From positions 832,001 to 896,000 of the forward strand of contig JBGARZ010000002.1 in assembly GCA_044229975.1 (NCBI GenBank): a stretch of 64,000 nt of DNA, written 5' to 3'. Below the pieces are notes generated by a model. The model saw only the letters and a list, made by a program, of their open reading frames with translations. It made no database searches and was not told the origin of the DNA. This stretch comes from Polyangiales bacterium. Its GTDB lineage: Bacteria; Myxococcota_A; Polyangia; Polyangiales; Ga0077539. A program made the position numbers and the translations under genes. Shown here piece by piece: positions 9,575 to 20,900 of the stretch; positions within the stretch are counted from its first letter, which is position 1; the number at the start of each line of letters is the position of its first letter.

Positions 9575-10258
9575 ATGACCCTCCCCCTCGACACGAAGCA
9601 ACGCGACGCGCTCATCGCGGCCCACAGCGGTCTGGTGCGGCGCGTGGCGAAGCTCATCTCGCGGGACGTTCCGCGGCACATCGGCGTCGATGACCTGATC
9701 AGCTTCGGGCAGCTCGGGCTCCTCGACGCGGCCAACAAGTACGACCCCACCAAGGGCGCGGCGTTTCCGACCTACGCCTACTACCGCATCCGCGGCGCGA
9801 TGCTCGATCAGGTGCGGAAGGACCACGGGCAGGACCCGATCTTCCGCGCCCGCATGGGTGCCCGCGCCGCCGTCGATGATCTGCTCGAACAGCGTGCGGC
9901 GGAAGGCCCCGCCTCGGCCGACGCGCTCGATGCTGCGCGCGCCCTCGCCGGGCTCCTCGAAGACACGGCGACGGCGCTGCTGCTGGAGGAGACGGCGAGC
10001 GCGCTTCAAGCCGAGCCGATCCCGTCGCCGGAAGAGGCGGCCATCGTGCGGGACACCGCGCGAGAGATTCGCGAGGTGCTCGACGACTTCCCCGAGCGCG
10101 AGCGCGGACTCGTCGAGAAGATCTACCTCGAAGGGTTCACCATGGAGCAGGCGGGCATCCAGCTCGGCATGACCAAGGGGTGGGCCAGCCGCCTGCACGC
10201 GCGCGCCCTCGGTCGGCTGCGCGAGCGGCTCGGGCACTACGCGTCAGCGGACCCCTGA
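9575..10258 (+). CDS. FliA/WhiG-family (sigma-28-like) RNA polymerase sigma factor
   Basis: Region 2 DDLISFGQLGLLDAANKYDPTKGAAFPTYAYYRIRGAMLD; region 4 HTH. Confidence 0.9.
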   Translation: MTLPLDTKQRDALIAAHSGLVRRVAKLISRDVPRHIGVDDLISFGQLGLLDAANKYDPTKGAAFPTYAYYRIRGAMLDQVRKDHGQDPIFRARMGARAAVDDLLEQRAAEGPASADALDAARALAGLLEDTATALLLEETASALQAEPIPSPEEAAIVRDTAREIREVLDDFPERERGLVEKIYLEGFTMEQAGIQLGMTKGWASRLHARALGRLRERLGHYASADP

Positions 10259-10447
10259 CGCGCCCCCGTCGCCGTAGCGCACGACGGGCGTGCGGTGGCG
10301 GATTCCCGTTCGGTCCGCGAAGACGGCCTGCACGATGATGACGGCGGTGAGCAGCACCGCGAGCGCGAGCACCGCCGCGAGGGCGCGGCGACCGGAGATC
10401 TGGGAGGGTTCGGGGCGGCGGCTCACGGGACGCGAGTAGAGGGTCAA
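10244..10447 (-). CDS. Small single-TM membrane protein (hypothetical)
   Basis: 67 aa with one strong hydrophobic helix; start overlaps the stop of the upstream minus-strand gene. Confidence 0.45.
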   Translation of the reverse strand: MTLYSRPVSRRPEPSQISGRRALAAVLALAVLLTAVIIVQAVFADRTGIRHRTPVVRYGDGGASGVR

Positions 10448-10908
10448 CGACCGCCGTCGGGCAAGGCCGGAGCGCAGGGGCGCACGACCGCACCGCCGAG
10501 GAAGCGATCGAGCGTGGCGGCCTCACACCCGTCGATCGCGAAGGCACCGGCACCGGCGTGAGAGGCACCGGTGACGCGGGGCCAGGGTGATCCACGGGCC
10601 GCATCACCCGAGCGGGAGAGCGCGCGCACGAGGTCGAACTCGGACAGGAGCTCCGCGGAGGTTGGCGAGGTTGCGAGGTGGAAGGGCGCGGTGCCGCCGT
10701 GACAGCGGAGGTCGGCGCACCCGGCGCGGCGAAACATCGGGGCGACGGCCGTGACGTAGCTCGCGGCGTCGAGGGCGACCGTGGGCGGTGGTGGGGGTCG
10801 GTCGAGACGCCAGCGTGCGAAGGCGAGGCCCGCGAGCGCCGCCACGGCGAGAGCCAAGGGGACCTTCGGCGAGGGCAGGCGGTGGTCGTAGTGCGAGCGG
10901 CGCGGCAT
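10444..10908 (-). CDS. Membrane-anchored hypothetical protein with CxxxxCH (atypical heme c-like) motif
   Basis: N-terminal TM; VAPMFRRAGCADLRCHGG; later SHAG His; start reassigned to ATG 10908. Confidence 0.6.
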   Translation of the reverse strand: MPRRSHYDHRLPSPKVPLALAVAALAGLAFARWRLDRPPPPPTVALDAASYVTAVAPMFRRAGCADLRCHGGTAPFHLATSPTSAELLSEFDLVRALSRSGDAARGSPWPRVTGASHAGAGAFAIDGCEAATLDRFLGGAVVRPCAPALPDGGR

Positions 10909-11001
10909 CGGGACCGACGAGCGGTAGCAGACGAGGGGCGGTGGGGGCGAGCCCGGCGGCGCTTGTGGGCGCGACGAGGGAGGCGGTACGGTGCGTCGGC
11001 C

Positions 11002-12591
11002 ATGGCGGAGGCTCCACAGATCTTTCATTTCAACGGCGAGCGAACGTCCATCGTCGAGGACGTGGTCTCGCGCGTGACGCAGGGGGCGCGCGACCCGCTG
11101 CTGCTGCTCAACGACGCCGCGTGGTGCGAGATCCGTCGGCTGGAGGCGCGGCCCGGCAGCGAGCGCGCGGAGTACGAACGGTTTCGCGAGCTGTCGCGCA
11201 CCATCGGCAAGCTCTCGGACTCCGAGCGACGGCGGCGCGTCGAGGAGGTCGCTCGCGTCTATGCGCGCGACGTGGCGGGCAACTTCAACCCGCGGGTGTA
11301 CGCGCTCTCGACGAAGGTGCTGCCCGCGGCGCTCTCGCTCCTGCTCTCGCCGAAAGACCTCTCGCTGGGCATGCGCGCGCAGGGGAAGCTCCGCGAGCAC
11401 ATCGTCACGCAGGGTCCCGTCGAGCGCATTCGCGCGCTGTCGAAGATCGGCACGGTGATCTTCGTCCCGACGCACCTGTCCAACCTCGACTCGGTAGCAT
11501 TCGGCTTCGCGCTCGACCGCGAGGGCCTTCCGCCCGCCACCTACGGCGCCGGGAAGAACCTCTTCACCAACCCCTTCCTCTCGTACTTCATGCAGAACCT
11601 CGGCGCCTATCGCGTCGACCGCCGCATCCGTCACGACCTCTACAAAGAGGTGCTCAAGACCTACTCCAGCGTGCTCATCGAGCGCGGCTACCACTCGCTG
11701 TTCTTCCCGGGCGGCACGCGCTCGCGCTCGGGGATGGTGGAGGAGAAGCTCAAGCTCGGGTTGCTCGGCACCGGGGTCGAGGCCTTCGTGCACTCGGTGC
11801 GCGCGGGTCACCCGCGGCGGGTCTTCGTGGTGCCCGCCACCATCAACTACATGCTCACGCTGGAGGCCTCGACGCTCATCGCCGACTACCTCGCCGAGGT
11901 GGGCCGCAACCGCTACATCATCGAGGACGACGAGAGCACCCGCGTCGAGCGCGTGGTCACCCTCGTCCGCAAGCTCGTGATGACCACCGGGTCGGTGGTC
12001 ATCCGCTTCGGCGAGCCGATGGACCCGTTTACCAACCGGGTGCTCGACGACGGCCGCTCGGTCGACGCCCGCGGCCGCACCGTCGACCCCGCGAGCTACG
12101 TCACGCGCGACGGCGAGGCCGTCATCGACGAGGCGCGCGACGCTCAGTACACCCGCGAGCTCGGTGAGGCCATCTGCCGCTCGTACGCCAGGGAGACGGT
12201 GCTGCTCGCGTCGCACCTCGTCGCGGGCGCCGCGTTTGGGAAGCTGCGTGACTCCTTCCCGGGCGAAGACCTCTTCAAGCTCTTGCGTCACCGCGACGAG
12301 GTGTTTGTGCCCACCGAAGAGCTGGAGCGACGCGTGGCCGAGCTCGTCGAGCGCGCCTCCGTGCTCGAAGACCGCGGGGCCGCGGTGCTCGGTCCAGGCA
12401 TGCGCGGCGCGAGCGCGGCGACCATCATCGACGCCGCGACGCGGGCCTGGTCGGGCTACCACAGCAACGCCGTGCTTCGACCCGCCCAGGGGGGCGTGGT
12501 GCTCGGCGACACCAACCTCTTGCTCTACTACCAGAACCGCCTCGCGGTGAGCGGCCTCGGCTTCCATCCGGCCGCGCGGAGGAGCTCATGA
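11002..12591 (+). CDS. Glycerol-3-phosphate/DHAP acyltransferase (PlsB-like)
   Basis: Block I PTHLSNLD (HxxxxD), GAYRVDR, FFPGGTRSRSG, VVPATINY. Confidence 0.85.
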   Translation: MAEAPQIFHFNGERTSIVEDVVSRVTQGARDPLLLLNDAAWCEIRRLEARPGSERAEYERFRELSRTIGKLSDSERRRRVEEVARVYARDVAGNFNPRVYALSTKVLPAALSLLLSPKDLSLGMRAQGKLREHIVTQGPVERIRALSKIGTVIFVPTHLSNLDSVAFGFALDREGLPPATYGAGKNLFTNPFLSYFMQNLGAYRVDRRIRHDLYKEVLKTYSSVLIERGYHSLFFPGGTRSRSGMVEEKLKLGLLGTGVEAFVHSVRAGHPRRVFVVPATINYMLTLEASTLIADYLAEVGRNRYIIEDDESTRVERVVTLVRKLVMTTGSVVIRFGEPMDPFTNRVLDDGRSVDARGRTVDPASYVTRDGEAVIDEARDAQYTRELGEAICRSYARETVLLASHLVAGAAFGKLRDSFPGEDLFKLLRHRDEVFVPTEELERRVAELVERASVLEDRGAAVLGPGMRGASAATIIDAATRAWSGYHSNAVLRPAQGGVVLGDTNLLLYYQNRLAVSGLGFHPAARRSS

Positions 12592-13535
12592 GCACGCCAG
12601 CGTCGACTCCCGTCGGCATCCTGGGCGGAGGCCGCTGGGGTCTCGCGCTCGCCTGCGCGGTCGCCCGCAACGGTCACCCCACGATGCTCCACTCGCGCCG
12701 CCACGACCGGCCCGATGACCTATCCCCCGAGGTCGCGATCACCACCGACCTCGGCGCCCTCGCCCGTCACGCGCGGTTGTTGCTGGTGGCGGTTCCGTCG
12801 GCGGTGGTGCGCGACGTCGCGCGCTCGCTCGGGGACGTGGTCGACGGGAGCCACCTGCTCGCACACGCCGTCCGCGGACTGTCCGGCGAAGGGCTCGCGA
12901 CCCTTTCGGAAGTACTTCGTGAAGAGACCCCGTGCCGGCGCGTGGGTGCCATCGGCGGTCCTGCCCTCGCCGACGACCTCATCGTCGGTCGACCGTCGGT
13001 GCTCGCCGTCGCGTCGCGCTATCCGGAGGTCACCGACGCGGTGAGCGGCGTGCTGCAAGGTCCGCTGCTGCGCGTCTCGGTGAGCCGCGACCTCGTGGGC
13101 CTGGAGTGGGCGAGCGCGCTCAACGGGGCGCTCTTCGTGGCCCTCGGCTACGCGCGGGCCATCGGTGTCTCGCCCGCGCTCCTCGGTGGGTTCCTCACGC
13201 GGGGACTTCATGAAGCGGCGCGCATCGCGGTCGCGGCGGGCGCCGACGAGCGGAGCCTCTTCGAGGTCGCGGGCGTGGGCGATCTGCTCGCGGCGATGGG
13301 CCAGGAAGACCGCCCCGAGTGCCTCCTCGGCGCGGCCCTCGCGGGCGGCGCGACGCTGGAGCAGGCGCTCGCGGCGTCGTCGCTGAGAGTCGAAGCGCCG
13401 ACCCTGGTGCCGCGCGTGGTGGCCTTCGCGAAGGAGCGGCGCGTCGACGCGACGATCTTCGCGACGCTCGACGCGGTGTTCGCAGGAAAGCTCGATCGCG
13501 AGGCCGTGCTCGCGGGGCTGATGCGACGCCGCTGA
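12588..13535 (+). CDS. GpsA-like NAD(P)H-dependent glycerol-3-phosphate dehydrogenase homolog with degenerate active site
   Basis: GGGRWGLALA Rossmann motif, AVPS, GGPALA, TRGLHE, GVGDL; lacks LKN and SRN motifs. Confidence 0.8.
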   Translation: MSTPASTPVGILGGGRWGLALACAVARNGHPTMLHSRRHDRPDDLSPEVAITTDLGALARHARLLLVAVPSAVVRDVARSLGDVVDGSHLLAHAVRGLSGEGLATLSEVLREETPCRRVGAIGGPALADDLIVGRPSVLAVASRYPEVTDAVSGVLQGPLLRVSVSRDLVGLEWASALNGALFVALGYARAIGVSPALLGGFLTRGLHEAARIAVAAGADERSLFEVAGVGDLLAAMGQEDRPECLLGAALAGGATLEQALAASSLRVEAPTLVPRVVAFAKERRVDATIFATLDAVFAGKLDREAVLAGLMRRR

Positions 13536-13598
13536 TCGTCCTCGCGCGCGGCGGCGACGATGTCGTCTGCGCTCCGACGGACGACCCGAGCGCGGCAC

Positions 13599-13618
13599 AT
13601 CGTGAGATTCGTCACGAT
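13599..13618. promoter_or_regulatory. Perfect palindromic operator-like site ATCGTGA-N6-TCACGAT (CRP/FNR-type geometry)
   Basis: atcgtga gattcg tcacgat in an AT-richer patch of the ~300 bp intergenic region, followed by TTGACG at 13623. Confidence 0.55.
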
Positions 13619-13841
13619 ATTTTTGACGGTGCCGTTGGCGTCATGGAGAAGGGGATCCTCAGCGCGCGCTTGAGCCCTTCGCAGGAGCTCCAGCGAGGCA
13701 CTGAAAACGTTTCTGGGCAGGGACCTCCGGTCGTGGGGGCGTCGCGATCGGGTCGCGCGCCGAGTCACGTCGGTCGGTCATTGCTCACGATCCGCGCGGA
13801 CGAGCGCGGGTCACCAACTTCGATTCGGGAGGACCGCGACC

Positions 13842-14371
<530 letters not shown>

Positions 14372-14384
<13 letters not shown>

Positions 14385-15940
14385 TCGGCGATCACGTAGA
14401 CCCAGCCGATCTCCATCTCCCTCGCCGCAAACCGCGGCACCGTCACCGACCGCCCCGCCTCCATCACGCAGCGCTCCACGGCCGACCCGCGGAGCGCTTC
14501 TCCCACGCGCACCAGCCGCACCGTCCCGTCTCCCCGCACCGTCAGCGTCACCGGCAGCGAGCCGAAGAACCGCGGCCCCGCGCACGCCCTCGCCCGCGGC
14601 TCGAAGGCGATCATCACCGATCGCTGCTGCGTGACCGAGAGGCGCTGCGGGAGCGTGCGCGCGTCCTGATCGGCGAGGCTCACCGGGTCGGCCCGGAGCA
14701 CACCCGCGTCGACGCGACCGCTCGCAACCAGCGGGCGGCGCACGGGTCGATCGTGCGCGGGGCCGGGCCGGAGCTTCGTCCACGCCGCGACGCCCACGAC
14801 CACGAAGAGCGCGAGCGAGGCGAGCACCCAGCGCCAGGAGTCGCGCCCGGAGGGCAGCGTGACCGGGAGCGCGCGCGGCGCGGCGGGGGGCTCGGTGAAG
14901 GGCGCCTCGACGTTGGTGTCGAGCACGAAGTCGAGCCCGGGCGCGACGGGCGGCGCGATGGGTCCCACCGGCGCAGAGGCCAGCGTGTCGGGCGCGTCGG
15001 GCTCCACGATCGGGATGTCGTCGAGCGTGACCGAGGCGTCCTGATCGCCCGCCGCATCGAGGGCCTCGCGGAGCGAGCGCGCGGTGGCGAAGCGCTGGTC
15101 GGGCGACCGCGCGAGGCAGCGGTGCACGAGCGCGCACCACGCAGCCGGGAGGTCGGGCCGGTGCGTGGCGAGCGGGGTCGGCGTCTCCGTGGCCACGGCG
15201 ACGATGACCGCCGCTGGACCGTTGCCACGGAAGGGCCTCACCCCCGCGAGCATCTCGTAGAGCAGCACGCCCACCGACCAGAGGTCGGCCCGGGCGTCGA
15301 CGGACTGCGCCCCGCGGGCCTGCTCGGGCGCCATGTAATCGGGCGTCCCGAGGAGCATGCCGTCGCGCGTGAGCGGACCGTCCTTGTCGTCCTCCTTCGG
15401 GCCACGCGCCTCGACCTTCGAGATGCCGAAGTCGATGAGCTTGGGCACCTCGGCGCCCGCCACGAGGGCGAGCATCACGTTGCCGGGCTTCAGGTCGCGG
15501 TGCACCACGCCCTGCTCGTGCGCGGCACCGAGGCCGTCGAGCACGGGTCCCATCACCGCGCGCACCTCCTGGGTGGTCATGCGCCGACGGGTCTTCATGC
15601 GGGCGCGGAGGTCGTCGCCGTCGAGGAGTTCTTCGATGAGGTAGAGGCGCCCGCTGTCGGCGTCGATGCCGACGTCGATGACCTCGACGACGTTGGGGTG
15701 GCGCACCCGCGACGCGGCCTTGGCCTCGCGCACGAGGCGATCGGCGAGGCCCTTCACCTGGCGCGAGTCGCTGAGCAGCAGCTTCACCGCGAAGCGACGG
15801 TCGGTGAGCTCGTGCTGGGCCTCGTAGACGGCGCCGTGACCGCCGACGCCGAGCACCCGCAGCAGGCGGTAGCGCGACGCGATGAGCTTGCCGACCCAGC
15901 GCGGCGCCTCTGGGGCTGGGGCCTCGACAGGGGCAGTCAT
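14372..15940 (-). CDS. Membrane Ser/Thr protein kinase (Hanks type) with periplasmic C-terminal domain
   Basis: [39 protein letters not shown]; one TM; start ATG 15940. Confidence 0.95.
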
Positions 15941-17964
15941 CGAACCACAGGCGTGGGCGTCGGGGCGGGGTCGGGCGAGCGCGACGAGGCGACGAGCCCG
16001 AGGAGGAAGGCCGCCACCGCCACGAAGAGCGCGAGCGCGACGAAGAGCGCCACGGGGGTCTTGCGCGGAGTGTTGGGCGGGAGCGCCGGCGGCGCGGAGG
16101 AGGCGTCCCAGGGGCGGGCGTCGACGCGACCGGCGGCGGCCACCATCGCGAAGGGATCGGCGGGAGCCCTCGGCGGCGCGGCGTAGGTCGGCGGCGCGGC
16201 GGGAGGCGCCTGGAAGGCCACCGGCTGGAGGTGGGGAGCGCTGTCCCATGCTGACGGATGCACCGGCGCGGCGTAGGCCGCGAGCGCGGCGACGACTGGT
16301 GGCGGTGCGGCCTCCAGCGAGATGGGCTGGGTGGCGGCGGCGAGGGAGACGGGCGCAGGAAAGGGTGCGCTGACCACCGACGGCTGCGAACCCCAGGAGG
16401 GCTCCGACCACTCACCGTGGGGCAACCGCGACGGACCTGACGACGGCGCAGGAACGGGCAGCGGCCCCACGCGGGTCGGGTCGGGGGCGTCAAAGGGCGA
16501 GAGCTCGGTGCGCTCGGCGTCGGCGAGGGAGATCTTTCCGGCGTGCGGTCCTTCGGGGAGCGCGACCAGGGCCGTGGGCGCGTCGAGGTCCGACAGGGCG
16601 GAAGGCGCTGCGGGAAAGCCGGGGTCGAGGGTGGTGGCCGCGGCGTCGTCGAGGGACACCTTGGCGGGTCTCGTCGGGGCGGACGGTGGCGCACCGAAGG
16701 AGTGACCATCGAGTCCGGCCGTGCTTCGTCGCGGACGCGGCGGAGCATCGGGACGACCAGCGCCGAGCACCGACCCCACGCCGAGTTGCATCCCCTTCGG
16801 GACGGGCGGCGGTCCGGCCGGCGTGCTGGGCGGAGGCGCGTGTGCGACGACCGGTGGAGGCGCATGGACAACCGGCAGGGGCGGCGTCGCGAGAGACAAC
16901 GCGGGCACCGGCGGGGCGAGCGGTTGCAGCGACGGAAGCTCCATCGGAACCAACGGCGCGAGCGGCTCTTCCACTGCGAGGCTCACCGAGGCCGAGGCAC
17001 CCCACGACGCCGCGCGGAGCATCTCGCGGAGGCGCTCGGCGTCCGCGGGGCGAGCCTCGGGGCGACGCGCCAGGGCCTGCGCGAGGGCAGCCCAGATGGA
17101 AGGGTCGACGTCGGCGCGCAGGGCCGTGATGGCGGCGTGCACTTCGGATTCCTTCTGCGCCACGAAGTGGGCCCAGCTCCGGTGCCCGCGCGGGCGCGCT
17201 GCGTCCGGGACCAGCAGCCGCAGCACCAGCACCGCCGCCGCGAACACGTCCGTCGCCGCGTTGCGGAGCGACGGCTCGCGGACGTGCTCCGGCGCGCCGT
17301 ACTCCGATGGGGAGCTGTCGACGAGGGCCGCGGCGTCCTTCTCGGCGGAGAGCCCGACGTCGATGACCCGCACCTCCGGGTCGCGCCCCACCTCGATGCG
17401 CACACGCGCCGCCTCGTGGTGGAGGGCGCCGTGGATGAGCGCGCCCGGAGAGCGCTGCCGATGCCCCGCGCCGACGGCGGCGAGCAGGCGATCGGCCACG
17501 CCGAAGACGGTGCGGAGCTGCGTCGCATCACCCGCGGCGCGGACAGAAGCGAGCCATTCTCCGAGGCCGACGGACTCCCAGGCGTCGTACACGACCAGCG
17601 GCTGCGCGCCGGAGGTGTTGACCTCGATGATGGGGAGGTTGTTGGGGTGCTGGAGCTTCGTCAGCCGGTCGCCGAGGAGCTTGAGCGCGGCCATGCGCTC
17701 GGTGCGCCGACCCGACGGCGCGGGGAGGATCTTCACCGTGACCGACGCGCGCGGGCGCTGGGTGTCGACGGCGCGCCAGCACTCGCCCACGCCCCAGTGG
17801 GAGAGCCTCGCCTCCAGGCGATAGCGACCCTCGAGCACCGCTCCAACGGCGCGGTCGGCGGTGCTCACCCTTCCGACCTCCGTCCCGCCGTGCTCGTCGA
17901 CGCCTGCATCACCATCGGTCTCGACTTTAGACGCCACCGCGCGAACGCGGCGGAAATCTGTCAC
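15937..17964 (-). CDS. Degenerate Ser/Thr kinase (pseudokinase) with Pro-rich linker and C-terminal TM
   Basis: Kinase scaffold (GRYRL, VTVK, LQHPN, YGAPE, DVF, RPEARP) with HGALHHEA in place of HRDLKPxN and DVG in place of DFG. Confidence 0.8.
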   Translation of the reverse strand: MTDFRRVRAVASKVETDGDAGVDEHGGTEVGRVSTADRAVGAVLEGRYRLEARLSHWGVGECWRAVDTQRPRASVTVKILPAPSGRRTERMAALKLLGDRLTKLQHPNNLPIIEVNTSGAQPLVVYDAWESVGLGEWLASVRAAGDATQLRTVFGVADRLLAAVGAGHRQRSPGALIHGALHHEAARVRIEVGRDPEVRVIDVGLSAEKDAAALVDSSPSEYGAPEHVREPSLRNAATDVFAAAVLVLRLLVPDAARPRGHRSWAHFVAQKESEVHAAITALRADVDPSIWAALAQALARRPEARPADAERLREMLRAASWGASASVSLAVEEPLAPLVPMELPSLQPLAPPVPALSLATPPLPVVHAPPPVVAHAPPPSTPAGPPPVPKGMQLGVGSVLGAGRPDAPPRPRRSTAGLDGHSFGAPPSAPTRPAKVSLDDAAATTLDPGFPAAPSALSDLDAPTALVALPEGPHAGKISLADAERTELSPFDAPDPTRVGPLPVPAPSSGPSRLPHGEWSEPSWGSQPSVVSAPFPAPVSLAAATQPISLEAAPPPVVAALAAYAAPVHPSAWDSAPHLQPVAFQAPPAAPPTYAAPPRAPADPFAMVAAAGRVDARPWDASSAPPALPPNTPRKTPVALFVALALFVAVAAFLLGLVASSRSPDPAPTPTPVVR

Positions 17965-17997
17965 GCGCGTTCGCCAACCCCACGAGGGACGCTCGGG

Positions 17998-20900
17998 TCA
18001 GAACCGCGGCGCCCGCGACACCGCTTGCGCGAGGCACACCGACCCGAGGAAGGGCCCGCGTCGGTCGCGCGCGCCGATGATGATCTCGTTGATGACCAGG
18101 TAGTACAGCGAGCCGGCGGCGGGCTCGCGGTACGTGTCGAGCGTGAGCGTGTGGATGCCCGCGCCGCCGGGGAGCGTGAGGTCGACGCGCGCCGAGGCGC
18201 TGTTGCCCGAGCACCCGGAGCCCGCGTCGTCGTTGCAGAGGCCCGCCGCGCCGCTGCCGTTGCGCACGTCGATGATGGTGTCGATGGGCGTCGGCGTGTA
18301 GCAGGAGTGCGCGCGCAGGCGGGTGCCCGCGGTGACCTCGGGGCAGCTCCGCCACCAGAACGTATCCTCGGGCCCGATGCCGGTGCCGCCGCAGGTGGTG
18401 TTGACGGTTCCGGGGGTGACGAAGGGGCGGCGCGAGAAGCTGTACTGCGAGCCCGACACGACGTTGGGGACGTACTCCACGGCGCCGTTGGTGGTGATCG
18501 GCAGGTGCTGGAAGTGGATGGTTCCGCTGCCGACGTTGCTCGCGTAGCCCGCGACGCCGAGGAAGTAGGTGCCGGGGTTGAAGCGGCCGACGATCATGGA
18601 CTGCGCGCCGCCGCTGGTGCAGCGCGGGGTGTAGACGTCGTCGCGTGAGGTGTTGACCGCGTCGTCGTTGCACCACACCTCGCCGGGTCGGCCGCCGAGG
18701 ATGTAGTTGTCACACGCGCCACCGCGAGGGCGCCCATCGCGCGCGATGAACAGCACCGTGTCGAAGCCCGCGCCGAAGGTGTCGGCGTGCACCAGCTCGG
18801 TCTGCGTCAGCGTGAAGGAGAAGAACACGTCCGCGCCGGTGCTCGCCACGCAGTTGGTCGACACGTTGGTGGTGTGGTCGCCGTTGACCACGGTGAAGGG
18901 CAGGTCGATCGCCGAGCCCCGCGCGAGGTCGATGGGCGTCGCCGTCTGGCAGGTGTCGTTGACCGGAACGCACCGCGACGCCGTGCACGTCGTGCCGCTG
19001 CCGCAGACCGTTCCGCACGCGCCGCAGTTGGCGTTGTCCGTCGCGAGCACCGCCTCGCAGCCGTTGGCGTACGCGCCGTCGCAGTCGCCGTAGCCCGCGT
19101 TGCAGGCCGCCACGGCGCACCCGGTGCGGCAGCCCGGCGTCCCGTTGGCCACCGTGCACGCGTTGCCGCAGGCGTTGCAGTGGGTCGTCGAGGTCGTGGT
19201 GTTGGTCTCGCACCCGTTGGCCGCCACCCCGTCGCAGTTGCCGAAGCCCGTGGTGCAGCTCGCGACGGCGCACGCGCCCGCCACGCAGCTCGGCGTCGCG
19301 TTGGCCAGCATGCAGGCGTTGCCGCACGCGCCGCAGCTCGCGACGGTGGTGTTGAGGTTGGTCTCGCACCCGTTGGCCGGGTTGCCGTCGCAGTCGGCGA
19401 AGCCCGTGTTGCAGGTGAACCCGCACGCGCTCGCGCGACACACCGGCGTCGCGTTGGCCCGCGGCGGGCAGGCCATCCCGCACGCGCTGCAATGGGCAGG
19501 GTCGCTCGTGAGGTTCACGCAGCGCCCGGCGCAGTAGGTCGTCCCGGCGCCACAGATGGAGCCGCACAGGCTCCCGCTGCACACCGTCCCGGCGCCGCAC
19601 ACGGTGCCGCAGGTTCCGCAGTTGCTGTTGGTGCTGCGCAGGTCGGTCTCGCACCCGTTGGCGGCCATGCCGTCGCAGTTGCCGAAGCCCGGCGCGCAGG
19701 CGGCCACCGCGCAGGCGCCCGCCGTGCAGGCGGCGGTGGCGTTGGGCAGCGAGCACGCCCGACCGCAGACGCCGCAGCTCGTGACGGTGGTGTTGAGGTT
19801 GGTCTCGCACCCGTTGGCGGCCATCGCGTCGCAGTCGCCGTACCCAGCGGCGCACATCGACACGGCGCACGCGCCCGAGCGGCAGGCGGGCGTCGCGTTG
19901 GGCAGCGAGCACGCCCGACCGCAGGCCCCGCACGACCCGACCGTGTTGTTGAGGTCGGTCTCGCAGCCGTTGGCCGCGTTGCCGTCGCAGTTGGCCCAGC
20001 CGGCGTCGCAGGTGACCACGGTGCAGGCCCCGGCCGCGCACCCGGACGTGGCGTGGGCGAGCGCGCAGGCCCGACCGCAGGCGCCGCACGACGCCACCGT
20101 GGTGTTGAGGTTGGTCTCGCAGCCGTTGGGGGTCTGCCCGTCGCAGTTGCCGTAGCCCGTGGTGCAGGCGATGCGGCAGGCCGACATCACGCAGCTCGCC
20201 ACGCCGTTGGCGGTGCCGCACGCGAGCGGGCACATCCCGCAGTGCAGGGCATCGGTCGCGAGCGAGACCTCGCACCCGTTGGCCGGGTTGCCGTCGCAGT
20301 CCGCGAAGCCCGCGTTGCAGGTGCCGACGGCGCAGCCTCCCGCCCGACAGACCGCGGTGGCGTTGGCCAGCACACACCGATTGCCACACGCGCCGCAGTT
20401 CTCGGCGCTCGTCGCGAGCATCGTCTCGCAGCCGTTGCCCGCCATGCCGTCGCAGTCACCGAGCCCCTGGCCGCAGTCGGTGCGCACGCACGCGCCCGCC
20501 GCGCAGCGCGCGCCCGCGCCGGGGAAGTTGCACACGTTGCGGCACGACCCGCAGTTGAGGGTGTTGCTCGCGGTGTCGGTCTCGCAGCCGTTGGCGACGT
20601 CGCCGTCGCAGTTGCCGAAGCCCGTCGTGCAGGTGATGCCGCACACGCCCGCGGTGCAGGCGGGCGTCCCGTTGGTGGCGCTGCACGCGCGACCGCACGC
20701 CCCGCAGTGCGCCGCGCTCGTGCCGAGGGCGACCTCGCAGCCGTTGGCCGCGTCGCCGTCGCAGTCGGCGAAGCCCGCGGCGCATCGGTAGCGACACGCC
20801 CCCTCGGCGCACTCGACCTCGGAGTTGGTGCGGGCGGCGCACGCCATGCCGCACCCGCCGCAGTGCGCGACGGTCGTCGTGGTGGTCACCTCGCAGCCGT

